Source: Desulfatiglandales bacterium
GTDB taxonomy: Bacteria > Desulfobacterota > DSM-4660 > Desulfatiglandales > Desulfatiglandaceae
Direction of reading: 5' to 3'
NCBI GenBank assembly: GCA_963666345.1
Contig: OY762721.1
Coordinates: forward strand, 3,136,001 to 3,200,000
DNA length: 64,000 nucleotides
Shown in pieces: positions 19,775 to 30,245 of this stretch. Under the pieces are notes generated by a model, which worked only from the letters and a program-made list of their open reading frames with translations, was not told the origin of the DNA and searched no databases. The position numbers were made by a program, and so were the translations under genes. How positions within the stretch are numbered: position 1 is the stretch's first letter; each line of letters opens with the position of its first letter.

Positions 19775-22700
19775 TCAATTGACGGCGGATGAGAAGTAAT
19801 GCTCTACTCCCGCCTTGAATCCTCCCTCGAACCCTCCGAGGTCTATCTTAGGATCTTTGGCCATATCGTACAGCCCCTTGAGGTTCTTATAGGTCCCGAC
19901 TGCTCCTGATCCAGTGCCCGTGTATGAGGCCTCAGGTTTTGAGTCTCCCGGCTTGGCCTTAAACTCGAAGTCACCCACCTTGATGGTGGCGCCGAAGTTG
20001 TCGGCTATTCCAAGCGCGAACTTCTTGGCTGCAGCCATAATCTCCTTGTAATCGCTCATCTGAAGGGAAAAGGCGCTCACCGACCAGATGGAGGAACTGA
20101 CGCCGACCAGGCCTCCCACGATGAAGTCAAGGCCGTCCTTCCACAAATCACTGAAAACCCTTTCAACCATGGCCCCCCTGTCTCCCGTGTGGAGCATCGA
20201 GATGGTCTCAAAGGTGTTCGGATTTACCTCAAGCCAGGCCCAGTGGGGTTTACCCCTGATTATTGCCGGCTTGGAAGGAAAGAGGGCCACGTTAGGGCTT
20301 TCTTCAAGCAGCCGGATCATCCGCTCCGGGTATCCCTGTTCCCTCATGGAGTCGTAGAACTGATAACGGTCGTTAGCCGAAAGCCACATGAGCCTGGTGT
20401 CTGCCGGATAACGAGCGAGCATCCCGAAGAACCCGCTCCCCCCCCGGGGCAGGACGCTTTCCTCCAGTTTGGATGCGTATATGCCGCTCATGATGTTGAA
20501 GGCGTGTTTTGCCTCCTCTGTCGGGCCTGAATCGGGAATGGCCCGGTCAAGCATGGCCTTGCGGGTTCCCTCGTGCACCTGATTAACGGTCCGTGCCAGA
20601 TCTATGGTAGTTATGAGAGATTTATCCCGGGCAGATTTTCGCACACTTACGGCTACGCACCTGGGTCTTTCGTTTCGGCCGGTCAACAGGTCCAGTTTTT
20701 CGGCGATCTCGTTTTCATATCGGCTCTGGGCGCAGACAAAACGGTAGATCAGATTCCTGGTAAACCACCTGAGAGCCGAAAGGTTGGAGGGGGCCTCGGA
20801 TGTGCCATGTCTTTTTTCCATGGCCTCATCAAGTGCCTCAAGACCTTTTTGATTTAGGTCGGGCAGGTTGATGCCCAGGGTGTGGAAGCGATCAACTATT
20901 TGCTCTTTTTCCTCAAGACTGTTTTCAAGTACCACTGTTTCGCTTCCCATGGAAATCTCTATACGTTCACCAACGATGTTGTATTGACCGGTATCGATAA
21001 TCTCACTTCCGATAACGCGTTTATCCACCCCTTCAAATATCGCCTTCACCACAGGCCCGTTCTGGAAACCAACAACTGTGTAGCCTATGTCGACCGCACC
21101 CCTGGAAAGTTCCGGCAGGGAGGGGTTGGCGGTTAACATATAGATAGAAGCAGGTTCATCCGAGTCGCTTTCACCTGCCAGGCCGTTTGAAAGATCCCTT
21201 GCCGCCTGATTCTGGCCCTCCTGTATCGGTATTGCCAGCAGTGACACAGTTATGGTCGTTCCCTGTGGATCCAAAGAAATTTCGTACGGTTCAACGGGCT
21301 TTACCAGCCCTTTGAGACGGGTTATGTGTTCCATGAAAGGTGCAACCAGGACATATTTGAGCCCTTTGGGATCCCTGTAGGAAAGGGCTGGGAGTTTTTC
21401 AAGCTCGACATCCACAAGCCCGGCCCTTGCCGCAAGGGCTTCTCTTCCCTTTTCTGTCAGCAGGACTTCGCTGCGTTCGGCTGCAAAACCCTGCCTGGCA
21501 AGAACTATTTCCGCCATGCGGGCAAAGTCACCCTCCGTGCCCCATGACTGGGCCATCACGGCTTCAGGTGCGAACATGTGCGCCCAGCCCGTCTGCCGTG
21601 AGGGAAGAAAGCGGATGCGGCAAAGTCTTTTCCTAAGTGCCTCTATATCCCTGATATCTTTGAAGCTCAAAGCCCCTGCCTGTACAAAGTCGGGTACTGG
21701 TACGGATTCGGCAGGAGGCGCCTCGTTGTCGAACCGCTTCTGTTTCGGTTTGTATGCACCCGGTCTCTTAATGTTTTGAGACTCATGCCGTCTTTTTGCG
21801 CACGCCACGGCTTCGTTGAGGGCGGCAATGTAGCTGTCGCTTAATTCAAGATCGATATCCATGCGTTCGGCAAGCAGGCGTTCGTGACTGTATATTCCAT
21901 CACCCAGCTCCGCCTTAAGGTCTTTGAACAGGGGGGAGGTCAGCTCCCAATCCGCCGGATCTGTATCACCGAAAGGAAGCTTGAAAACCACCAGCCCCCT
22001 GAGACTCCGTCCGTCCGGAATAACCGTTTCATCCGTGATACCAAAGATGAGTTGTTCTGTAACGGAGTCAGGCGGCATGATTCCGACAGGTATTATGGCA
22101 TTACCGGCGGCAAAAGAGGCAAGACCCTTTGACCGGGTAAGCTCCGGGCCGGCCATCTGCGTGCCGGAAGTCCTCTTTTCAGTGAAGCCCTTTTTCTTGA
22201 GTATGAAGGCCCCTGTCATGGCCGTAGCCTTGCCGTCTCTGGCATCAAAGAGGGTGAGATCGGCCACGAACATATCCTCCGAGTCCCTGTAGCGCTCGAT
22301 CCGGTTAACTTTCAGATCGATGCCGTCTCCTTTCAGGCTGTCCGCAGGGGAAGGAACGACAGGTGCCTTTTCAGCCTGCTCATCAAGGGGAATGACGACG
22401 CCTCCCCCTTTGACATCCACGACCAGTTCGCCCTTTCCGGCCTCGGCAGCGATATCGCCCGGCACTCTGAAGACAAGACGTATCCGGTTGTTGGAGCCGG
22501 GTGCCAGCATGGTGGGTGCCATGAAACCGAGCGGCAGAAGTCCTGTTAAGTTATGGAGCCTGACAGGGAGCGCACCTTCCCTGGTGTTCATGCGAAGTGA
22601 GAAGCGTTCGGCAGGCCTGATATCCAGGAGGGCCTGGACCTTCGAGATCATGTCCGCCTCGACAATACGGAAGATTGCATCGGAACCGGCTTCATGACGG

Positions 22701-25700
22701 CCGATTTTTTCAACATCCCTTACCTCCCTGATGGCGAGAGCAAAGGTCTTGGAAAGCTCTGACGGCGGTTTTGCGGGAAGGTCACTTATGCGGTCCGGAT
22801 CTAAAGGCAGGGTTCCAACCAGCGGCAGGTCGAAGTGCCCGTAGTTCATGTCGTAAAAATGCAGTGACATCTGATGCATGGCCGCCTCCGGGACCATAAA
22901 AACGAGCGCGCCGACAACGGTCTCTTCGGGACTCACTGCCAGGCTGTTTTCACCAGGCATGGTCAGGGGCGCCTGCGTAAGCCATGTGGCAGGTGACAGA
23001 GGCACCATATGCTCACTGTTCCAGCGAAGAAAAAGGTGCCTTTTCATATCAGGTATGACATAGGTCGGTACCATCTTAACCGTCTTTCCTCTGGTAGCAG
23101 CCTCATTTCCAACCCAGGAAGCGGGATGGCTGGTACCGTCCGGATAGACCGTCACCTCCTGCTCAGGCAGGACATTCCGAATTTCAAGGACAAGCGAGAG
23201 AAAACGGCTGCCTTCAGGTGCATCCAACCCCTTGAGACGGTTTAAGAACAGTGCCTCTTTTGCGGTGAACAGGGCCGCCTGATTTTTACCGCTGACACCT
23301 ATCGGAATACGCTTGATTATCCTGGCGTCTCGTACCGGCATTGCGTCCCCTGTCACCAGACTGGCTGTCCCTGAATCATAGCGGGTCTTAAGGGGCCTTA
23401 TCCGGTAACTGATGCTGGCGGGTATTTCTATCCCGGCGCCTTCCCCGGGAGCGGGCATTAATGCCTGGGCGGCATTTGCGAAGGTCAGGTTACGGCCTGA
23501 TTTTTGACGATATCTCAATGTAAGTTCTATAAGGGTTTCTGCGTCACCGGTTTTCCTGGGTAGCGATTTGATATCCGAGGTTACTTGCGAGAATGTCTGT
23601 TTCAGCTTCTTGGGGTCTTCGGTAATGATATAGCGCCCGGCCGACAGTTCGGCGGCACGCTTAAACGGCTGATCATTCAGATTACCGATACCCACCCAGA
23701 GGCATTGTATGTTTTCATCGGCAAGACGGCCAAGCAGGGTCTCGAACTGAATCTGCTTTTCCTCGTCCACGCCCAGAGCCGCATCGGTTATAAATATCAT
23801 GTATCGTTTGTTTGAGGGGATGGCCGCCTGGGAGTGAAGGGCACTGTCGACCGCACCCAGGATGTTGGTGCCGCCTCCTGCGTAGAATTGCGCGACCCCG
23901 GTTAGCAGTTCGCCTTTGTTAGAGGTGGTCACCTGGTTGACGTAGACATCGTCCTCAAAGGCCATGACCTGGCCCAGGATATCATCCGGAAGGGTGACGA
24001 TAAAATCGTGGAGCAGGTTTTTTACCTTGTCGATCCGGTAGTCACAACCCGATTTATCAGGAGTGGTGTCCATGGACCCGCTTATATCGACCATGAATGT
24101 GACGACCGGGACATCAGATGGACGCGCTCCGGCAGGTCTTTTATAGCGGGCAATAAAGGTGCTGGTCAAACTGGAGTTAATGACTGAAAAGGCATCACTG
24201 AGCGCGTTCGGGTCACTTGCCGGATAATAGTTTCCTCCTGAAAGCGAGGAGATGCGGTTGAGGGTGTTGACATCATGCCCTTTTCCAAAACCTATGGTAA
24301 AGACAGGAATGCCTGCCTGGGAGACCCTGTCAAGGACTTCTTTTTTAGTGGCCTTGCTGCCCGGCCCGGTGTCGTTATAATTGGCGTCAAAGCCGTCGGT
24401 AAACACCAGCAGGGCGGGACGGTCGGCCCCTTGAAGCATATCAAGCCCCATCAGGATGGAATCGTTAAGAGCAGTGGCGCCGTTGGCCCTTACGCCTTTA
24501 AGCCCCTTTAAGACCTCGGCCCTGCTCTTGCCTTTTATGGGGCGGGGTTTGGTGTCAAAATCTACCACGCGCAGTGATGCGTCCTCAGGCAGGGACTCGA
24601 TAAATTTGCGTGTGGCATTCAGCGCCTTTTTCATCTGCCCCTTCATCGATCCGGAGGAGTCTATCAGCATTACAATTTCGAGAGGTACCGGGCTGCGTTC
24701 CACGCCGAGCACATGTGCGGGCGCACCTCCCTCCTTTATTTCGAGACCGCCTGGCTCAGGTAAGACAGCGGCTGCATCACGGCCCAGCAGTGTGAAAGTG
24801 ACATCCACCTCGTCTCCGGATCTCTTGACACGGTTTATCCTGAGACCTGCGTCCCCTTCTTCACCGAACACCGTTGTCATGGCCAGGGGCCAGTCAAGCA
24901 GGGTTTCCTTTCCAGAGTGGACCGGTATATGGAGCGCGCGGAGGGCGCATGCCTTCTGCCTGGCCTTGGGGCCTACCTCCACCTGCCAGAGCCCTGCCGG
25001 CAGGAGAAAAAAGGAGTCACCTTCAGGGGTGACATCGCCATTTTCGAATCCGCTGCCGCCCGGAAATTCAGGGTGCTCGGTGTAGGTCGTGGTGCCGAAG
25101 GGTATGGCAGGGAGCACCTTGGCAAGGCCGTAGGGTATGTTTTTTATGCGGATGGCACCCGGTTTCTGGCCCATTTCGACTTTGGGGACAGGAAAGTCAT
25201 ATTCGACAAGTTCTACCGTGATGTCTGTCAGTGGATTTCCCTGGTCACTGGTTAGGCTGAACAGGCACCTTCCCGCCTCCTGCGGGATATCGTCTATGAC
25301 GAAACGGTTGGATCTGATGCTTGCCATGTACCACTTGTTATTGATCACGCGTCTATAGGCGCCTGACCTGATGGTCAGTTCGGCCTGAAGGCTGACTTCT
25401 CCATCAGGCACTGTTACGATGATGGAACGGAATTTCCCACCCGGGTTGTCTGTATGGAAACGGACATCAAGAACCCCCTCATCCCCCATCTTGAACGTGG
25501 CAGGGCGGCCGGGAATAAGCCTGAATTCCTTCACTATGGTAAGGTCCATGCCGTATTCGATAAGCGCCTTGCACCACCATAGAGTGGTATCATTTTCTTC
25601 AACCGAAAAAATGGCCATGTAGTTGTCAAAGTGATGGATCTTGCCGTTGATCGATTCTGCGTAGGCCCTGAGCTGATCGCGCACCGCCTCCTGATTTTTG

Positions 25701-26014
25701 CTTTCAGCCGCCTGCAGGTACCAGGTCTCACCTTGGACAAGGACTGTGCGCAATGCGTCTCCCTCAGGTATCTGCAATTCAAGCGAGCTGTCTTTGGAGT
25801 AGTTGAGATTCTGGTATAGAGACAAATCTCCTGCAGGATTTATAAGAGGAGCCGGGATTTCATCCGGGTCCATGCACAGACCTGTTGAAAAGGTGATCAT
25901 GATCGAAAGGGAAGCGAATGTCAGGGCGGAAATATAATGTCGGATTAGGCCTGCCTTCAGGGATTTGCAGGTTAGGCTTCGCTGTAGGCTGATAACAGAT
26001 CTAAAGAAAGTCAT
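19775..26014 (-). CDS. Giant secreted multidomain protein (~2079 aa) with two VWA domains
   Basis: RBS AAAGGA before MTFFRS; hydrophobic N-terminal segment; MIDAS motifs LIDSSGSM and MVDISGSM; three repeated beta-rich segments ending LVFMVP/LVFRVP/VVFKLP. Confidence 0.85.
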   Translation of the reverse strand: MTFFRSVISLQRSLTCKSLKAGLIRHYISALTFASLSIMITFSTGLCMDPDEIPAPLINPAGDLSLYQNLNYSKDSSLELQIPEGDALRTVLVQGETWYLQAAESKNQEAVRDQLRAYAESINGKIHHFDNYMAIFSVEENDTTLWWCKALIEYGMDLTIVKEFRLIPGRPATFKMGDEGVLDVRFHTDNPGGKFRSIIVTVPDGEVSLQAELTIRSGAYRRVINNKWYMASIRSNRFVIDDIPQEAGRCLFSLTSDQGNPLTDITVELVEYDFPVPKVEMGQKPGAIRIKNIPYGLAKVLPAIPFGTTTYTEHPEFPGGSGFENGDVTPEGDSFFLLPAGLWQVEVGPKARQKACALRALHIPVHSGKETLLDWPLAMTTVFGEEGDAGLRINRVKRSGDEVDVTFTLLGRDAAAVLPEPGGLEIKEGGAPAHVLGVERSPVPLEIVMLIDSSGSMKGQMKKALNATRKFIESLPEDASLRVVDFDTKPRPIKGKSRAEVLKGLKGVRANGATALNDSILMGLDMLQGADRPALLVFTDGFDANYNDTGPGSKATKKEVLDRVSQAGIPVFTIGFGKGHDVNTLNRISSLSGGNYYPASDPNALSDAFSVINSSLTSTFIARYKRPAGARPSDVPVVTFMVDISGSMDTTPDKSGCDYRIDKVKNLLHDFIVTLPDDILGQVMAFEDDVYVNQVTTSNKGELLTGVAQFYAGGGTNILGAVDSALHSQAAIPSNKRYMIFITDAALGVDEEKQIQFETLLGRLADENIQCLWVGIGNLNDQPFKRAAELSAGRYIITEDPKKLKQTFSQVTSDIKSLPRKTGDAETLIELTLRYRQKSGRNLTFANAAQALMPAPGEGAGIEIPASISYRIRPLKTRYDSGTASLVTGDAMPVRDARIIKRIPIGVSGKNQAALFTAKEALFLNRLKGLDAPEGSRFLSLVLEIRNVLPEQEVTVYPDGTSHPASWVGNEAATRGKTVKMVPTYVIPDMKRHLFLRWNSEHMVPLSPATWLTQAPLTMPGENSLAVSPEETVVGALVFMVPEAAMHQMSLHFYDMNYGHFDLPLVGTLPLDPDRISDLPAKPPSELSKTFALAIREVRDVEKIGRHEAGSDAIFRIVEADMISKVQALLDIRPAERFSLRMNTREGALPVRLHNLTGLLPLGFMAPTMLAPGSNNRIRLVFRVPGDIAAEAGKGELVVDVKGGGVVIPLDEQAEKAPVVPSPADSLKGDGIDLKVNRIERYRDSEDMFVADLTLFDARDGKATAMTGAFILKKKGFTEKRTSGTQMAGPELTRSKGLASFAAGNAIIPVGIMPPDSVTEQLIFGITDETVIPDGRSLRGLVVFKLPFGDTDPADWELTSPLFKDLKAELGDGIYSHERLLAERMDIDLELSDSYIAALNEAVACAKRRHESQNIKRPGAYKPKQKRFDNEAPPAESVPVPDFVQAGALSFKDIRDIEALRKRLCRIRFLPSRQTGWAHMFAPEAVMAQSWGTEGDFARMAEIVLARQGFAAERSEVLLTEKGREALAARAGLVDVELEKLPALSYRDPKGLKYVLVAPFMEHITRLKGLVKPVEPYEISLDPQGTTITVSLLAIPIQEGQNQAARDLSNGLAGESDSDEPASIYMLTANPSLPELSRGAVDIGYTVVGFQNGPVVKAIFEGVDKRVIGSEIIDTGQYNIVGERIEISMGSETVVLENSLEEKEQIVDRFHTLGINLPDLNQKGLEALDEAMEKRHGTSEAPSNLSALRWFTRNLIYRFVCAQSRYENEIAEKLDLLTGRNERPRCVAVSVRKSARDKSLITTIDLARTVNQVHEGTRKAMLDRAIPDSGPTEEAKHAFNIMSGIYASKLEESVLPRGGSGFFGMLARYPADTRLMWLSANDRYQFYDSMREQGYPERMIRLLEESPNVALFPSKPAIIRGKPHWAWLEVNPNTFETISMLHTGDRGAMVERVFSDLWKDGLDFIVGGLVGVSSSIWSVSAFSLQMSDYKEIMAAAKKFALGIADNFGATIKVGDFEFKAKPGDSKPEASYTGTGSGAVGTYKNLKGLYDMAKDPKIDLGGFEGGFKAGVEHYFSSAVN

Positions 26015-26241
26015 GGTAATATCCTTTCTTATGTATATTGAAGATATAGCGGCATAGGTGCTGAAAAGGGCAAGGGTCTTAATAGTCATAAAGCGTATTA
26101 ATGCCTCAGTGAGTTCAATCCTTTTAACATACGGTATCGTTTTGTTCAACAATACCGTATGTTCCCATACCCAGGGAAACTTAGGATACATATCTGAAGT
26201 GAAAGGGAAAGGCGGGTGTTTTGTTGATTGAATGAAAATTT

Positions 26242-26270
26242 GCCTGGAGGAATTGTTAATCCCTCCAGGC
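26242..26270 (-). terminator. Hairpin terminator after the osmoprotectant-binding protein gene
   Basis: GCCTGGAGG...CCTCCAGGC stem. Confidence 0.6.
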
Positions 26271-26284
26271 CTTTAACCGAAAGG

Positions 26285-27196
26285 TTAATTTATTGCATCT
26301 ATTTCCTTGAGCCAGGCAGTTGCTACCTCGCGTACCTGCTTGTGTTCCACATCGACTGAGGCATTGAGTTGCTGCATTTTTTCAGTTGTCATATTATCTG
26401 CAATGGGCTTCAAGATTTCCCTGATCTCAGGATATTTATCTAAAACCTCTTTTCGAACAACCGGCACGGGATTGTAGACAGGGAAAAATAGTTTGTCATC
26501 AATCAGGTTGACAAATCCAAAGGCCGCTATGCGGCCGTCCGTGGCAAAACCCATCGCCGAATTAACCAGGCCTTCCTTGAGGGCCTTATAGGTGAGGCCG
26601 ATAGACATCTTTTTGACCTGTTTGGCGGGCAATTTGAATTTATAGGTCTTCATGACTTTCTTGAAACCATCTGGTCGTTCCCAGAATTCCGAATCAAGCG
26701 CAAAGATGAGTTCGTCCGGATTTTCATTTACGTACCCTGCAAGGTCGGAGATGGTTTTGAGACCAAGGGAGTCGGCCTGGGATTTTTTCATCATCAGCGT
26801 ATAGGTGTTGTTGAATTTTACAGGGTCGAGCCATATAAGGTTTTTTTTCTCGTCCGCTTTTTTGACCCAGTCGTAGACCTTTTCAGGTACGGTCATGATT
26901 TCCATGTCCTTTTGCTTGTAGTAAAGAGTGTAGGCCGTACCGGTGTATTCGAAATAGATGTCGAACTGGTCGCTTTCCAGAGACTTTCTTGCGATAACCG
27001 AACCGACCCCCGTTTTCAGGGTTACGTCAAATCCCTTATCCTGAAGAAGGATGCCTGCCAGCTCTGAAAGGAGATACTGCTCAGTAAAGTTTTTGCCGCC
27101 CACGATGATCTTTTTATCCTTGGCAAGAAGAGTGCCGGGCAAAAGAAAAGTTAGAACGATAATAGCGGACACAAATAGTTGAATGATTCTTTTCAT
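26285..27196 (-). CDS. Osmoprotectant (glycine betaine/choline-type) ABC transporter substrate-binding protein, OpuC/OsmX-like
   Basis: Signal peptide; VGGKNFTEQ, YFEYTGT, FNNTY, TDGRI, FFPVYN. Confidence 0.92.
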   Translation of the reverse strand: MKRIIQLFVSAIIVLTFLLPGTLLAKDKKIIVGGKNFTEQYLLSELAGILLQDKGFDVTLKTGVGSVIARKSLESDQFDIYFEYTGTAYTLYYKQKDMEIMTVPEKVYDWVKKADEKKNLIWLDPVKFNNTYTLMMKKSQADSLGLKTISDLAGYVNENPDELIFALDSEFWERPDGFKKVMKTYKFKLPAKQVKKMSIGLTYKALKEGLVNSAMGFATDGRIAAFGFVNLIDDKLFFPVYNPVPVVRKEVLDKYPEIREILKPIADNMTTEKMQQLNASVDVEHKQVREVATAWLKEIDAIN

Positions 27197-27266
27197 ATCT
27201 TTTTCTCCTTATTTTGACTTTCGGCGCAATGTGAAGCGCCTTGCATGGTTAGTGTTTGTAATCTTT

Positions 27267-27998
27267 TCAGCCGGAAAGGCGCAGCCCTTTTGAGATCAGG
27301 ATGTATCCCATAAAATCGGCGAGGCCGTCTGCAATAAGGGCCATGAGGGTGATCGGGATGGCACCGGCCAGGAGTTTTTCCGTCTGCATCAGACTGATTC
27401 CGGTAAATATGAGATCCCCCAGCCCCCCGGCGCCGATTAGATAGGACAGAGCGGCTGTTCCGATATTGATAATGAGGGCGATCCTGAATCCTGTGATAAT
27501 TACCTTCATGGCATTGGGAAGTTCTACTTCAAAAAGGATCTTTAAGGGAGTCATTCCCATGCCTCTGGCTGCATCTATGAAAGAAGTCGGTACCGCCGTT
27601 ATGCCGGCCAGGGTGTTTCTTGCTATGGGAAGAATGGAATATATGGAAAGGGCAAAAATCGCCGGCTTCAAGCCGATACCGAGAAAGCTCATTGCGATTG
27701 CGAGAACCGCAAGGGAAGGGATGGTCTGTCCCAGCCCTACAATGTACATGCAGATACCGGCGTACCGGCGAAACCTCTTTCTGGTGAGAATAATTCCCGC
27801 ACCTAATCCTATGATCGTTGCAAAGGTCATGCTTATGGCCACGATATAGAGGTGCTGCACCAAGAGTTCTATAATGACGGGATATTCGTAAGGGTCGGAA
27901 AGATATTCAACCAGGCCGGTTCTCTCGGCCATGACTCCGGCAATGAGGATTATGAGCATCAGCATGAGTCGGTATGTCTTTCCCATAAGTTTATTCAT
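27267..27998 (-). CDS. Osmoprotectant ABC transporter permease 2
   Basis: QTIPSLA, DAARGMGM, ELPNA, GAGGLG; start placed at MNKLMG, which overlaps the upstream stop. Confidence 0.92.
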   Translation of the reverse strand: MNKLMGKTYRLMLMLIILIAGVMAERTGLVEYLSDPYEYPVIIELLVQHLYIVAISMTFATIIGLGAGIILTRKRFRRYAGICMYIVGLGQTIPSLAVLAIAMSFLGIGLKPAIFALSIYSILPIARNTLAGITAVPTSFIDAARGMGMTPLKILFEVELPNAMKVIITGFRIALIINIGTAALSYLIGAGGLGDLIFTGISLMQTEKLLAGAIPITLMALIADGLADFMGYILISKGLRLSG

Positions 27999-28663
27999 CT
28001 CAGGATATTCCTTTGAAGTTTGATGCCTTCGGGTGTTGCTAGTCTCTCCAGCATAGCCATGAAACCATCCACAATTATAGCCAGGAGAGAGACCAGAATA
28101 GCTCCGCTCATGATCATCTCCGGATACACACGGTCGATTCCCTGTTGGATGTAAACTCCCAGTCCCCCTGAACCAATGTAGACGGCTATGGCTGCGATAC
28201 CTATATTCATGACCGCGGCCGTCCGCAGACCTGCAATTATGATAGGGGTGGCAAGAGGTATCTGGACCTCTTTGAGGAGTTCCCACCTGTTCATTCCCAT
28301 ACCCCTGGCAGCATCCACAAGTGGACCGGGAACGTTTTTGATGGCCGTATAGGTGTTTCTGATTATGGGAAGCTGGCTGTATAGAACGAGGGCTATAACC
28401 GCCGGGACCTTGCCCAGGCCGAGATTGACAAGTGCCAGGATTGGCAGCATTATTCCGAAAAGTGCAATGGACGGGATGGTCATAAGAATGTTGGCTCCGT
28501 TCAATACACGGGAGGCCAGATTCTTATGCCCTGTAATGAAGATTCCCAGAGGAACCCCGATCACGGTTGCGATCATAAGTGCCAACCCGACGATCCATAT
28601 GTGCTCCCAGGAAAGAAAGAGAACCTGTGCATAGTTATCTATGATAAATTGAATAGTGCTCAC
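27995..28663 (-). CDS. Osmoprotectant ABC transporter permease 1
   Basis: TIPSIALFG, LPIIRNTY, DAARGMGM, GSGGLG. Confidence 0.92.
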   Translation of the reverse strand: MSTIQFIIDNYAQVLFLSWEHIWIVGLALMIATVIGVPLGIFITGHKNLASRVLNGANILMTIPSIALFGIMLPILALVNLGLGKVPAVIALVLYSQLPIIRNTYTAIKNVPGPLVDAARGMGMNRWELLKEVQIPLATPIIIAGLRTAAVMNIGIAAIAVYIGSGGLGVYIQQGIDRVYPEMIMSGAILVSLLAIIVDGFMAMLERLATPEGIKLQRNILR

Positions 28664-28665
28664 CG

Positions 28666-29808
28666 CTACACCTCGTTTCCGTTTGCCTCGGCCTCGTCCG
28701 CATAGCTTTCCCTGACTACTTTCTGTATGTCATTATAGGTAACGGTTCCGGCAAAGTTCCCGTTTTCGTCCAACACGCAAAAGGTACCGGTATCGTACAT
28801 GAGCATAAAGGAGAGGACATCCCGAAGCGAGGTCCTCTCTTTAAGCAGGAGAGGATATGATTCCGCCAGGTCTCTGACCAGGCTTTCTTCATATTTAAGT
28901 ATTTTTTGCGTGACGGATCCTATCGGTTTGCCGTTCTCTATAACGATGCCGTAGCGAAATCCATTGTCGTCAAGGAATTTCAAGGCATCCTGTGCCGGAT
29001 CACTTCCGGGGATCATATTTTTCGGTTTGCGATTGATTACATCCATGACCCTCATAAGACCCAGGACTTTCAATGCCCTGTCCGCACCTACGAAGTCCGC
29101 CACAAACTTATTCTTGGGGTGTGTCAGTATGACTTCGGGTACTTCGTACTGTATCAGACGACCTTTGTCGAAAAGTGCGATGCGATCCCCCATCTTCATT
29201 GCCTCGTGTATGTCGTGAGAGACAAAGGCGATGGTTTTTTTCAGCTTTGCCTGAAGCTTGAGGAATTCGTTTTGAATTTCTTCCCTGTTTATGGGGTCTA
29301 TGGCTCCGAAAGGCTCGTCCATGAGGAGTATTTCCGGGTCTGCCGCCAGTCCTCGCGCCACACCTACCCTCTGCTGCTGTCCACCCGAAAGCTCAACAGG
29401 ATAACGATCCCGGTAGAGCTCCGGTTCCAGATTGGTCATTTCAAGCAGTTCATCAACCCGTTCCCGGATACGTCTTTTGTCCCATCCCAGAAGCCTCGGA
29501 ACGATTGCGATGTTTTCGGCTATGGTCTTATTGGGAAAGAGTCCGATGGCCTGTATGACATAACCCATCCGCTGCCTGAGTTGTATGATGTCCATGTCCA
29601 TTATGTTTTGATTTTCTATGGTTATGTTTCCGCGAGTGAGGGTTTCCAACCGGTTGGTAAGCCGAAGAGTGGTGGTCTTGCCGCATCCTGAGGGGCCGAG
29701 AAAGACCACGATTTCGCCTTTGGGTATGGTCAGGCTTACATTGTCGAGGGCAGTTACCGCATCTCTTCCGGATCCGAATATTTTTGTAACCGACTCATAG
29801 GTGATCAT
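28666..29808 (-). CDS. Osmoprotectant ABC transporter ATP-binding subunit with CBS pair
   Basis: GPSGCGKTT, LSGGQQQR, LLMDEPFGAIDP; C-terminal CBS-like region. Confidence 0.93.
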   Translation of the reverse strand: MITYESVTKIFGSGRDAVTALDNVSLTIPKGEIVVFLGPSGCGKTTTLRLTNRLETLTRGNITIENQNIMDMDIIQLRQRMGYVIQAIGLFPNKTIAENIAIVPRLLGWDKRRIRERVDELLEMTNLEPELYRDRYPVELSGGQQQRVGVARGLAADPEILLMDEPFGAIDPINREEIQNEFLKLQAKLKKTIAFVSHDIHEAMKMGDRIALFDKGRLIQYEVPEVILTHPKNKFVADFVGADRALKVLGLMRVMDVINRKPKNMIPGSDPAQDALKFLDDNGFRYGIVIENGKPIGSVTQKILKYEESLVRDLAESYPLLLKERTSLRDVLSFMLMYDTGTFCVLDENGNFAGTVTYNDIQKVVRESYADEAEANGNEV

Positions 29809-30005
29809 TCGGTGTATCTCCTGTTGCAGGTCATAGCATTATCAAATGGTGGTGATTTTAGCAGAAGGGTTTCATCTGTTTCTGTATTAGTATATGCCTG
29901 TTGATGAGCCTGTGTTTCTTTCTGCGATAAAACCATAGGCAGATCAAGGAGTATGGATGGAACCGCCGCGTTTGAATCTTTTTGACTTTAAAAAGTTTAA
30001 ATAAA

Positions 30006-30088
30006 CAAATTTCTATCATGAAAATTTGAATGAGTAGTAGTTTCAACTAATACTAAATTTAAATACCATAAGATATATTTGTTGTCAA
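30006..30088 (-). promoter_or_regulatory. Putative promoter and palindromic operators of the osmoprotectant ABC operon
   Basis: Minus-strand TTGACA at 30083-30088; palindromes CAAATTT-N9-AAATTTG (30006-30028) and TAGTT-TC-AACTA (30038-30049). Confidence 0.45.
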
Positions 30089-30208
30089 ATCAGGCTGTCT
30101 GATCCAATATTAAGACTTAATCTTCGGCTCTGAGTAACGAGTGCCTGAATTTTTGCGGCAAACTGGGCAATAGTGGTAGGAAGTTGTATAAAGTAAAGAT
30201 AATATATC

Positions 30209-30236
30209 GGGAGAGGACCCGATATGGCCCTCTCCT
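30209..30236 (-). terminator. Hairpin after the FAD oxidoreductase gene
   Basis: GGAGAGG...CCTCTCC stem just after the stop codon. Confidence 0.5.
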
Positions 30237-30245
30237 GATGGTCAT

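Noticed and set aside
26015..26191. 59-codon N-terminal extension of the VWA protein in the ORF track
   Set aside because: AT-rich with no RBS; a better RBS and signal-like segment follow the ATG at 26014
27999..28286. Long N-terminal extension of permease 2 (339-aa call)
   Set aside because: Overlaps permease 1 in another frame; a coupled start at 27998 gives a normal-length permease
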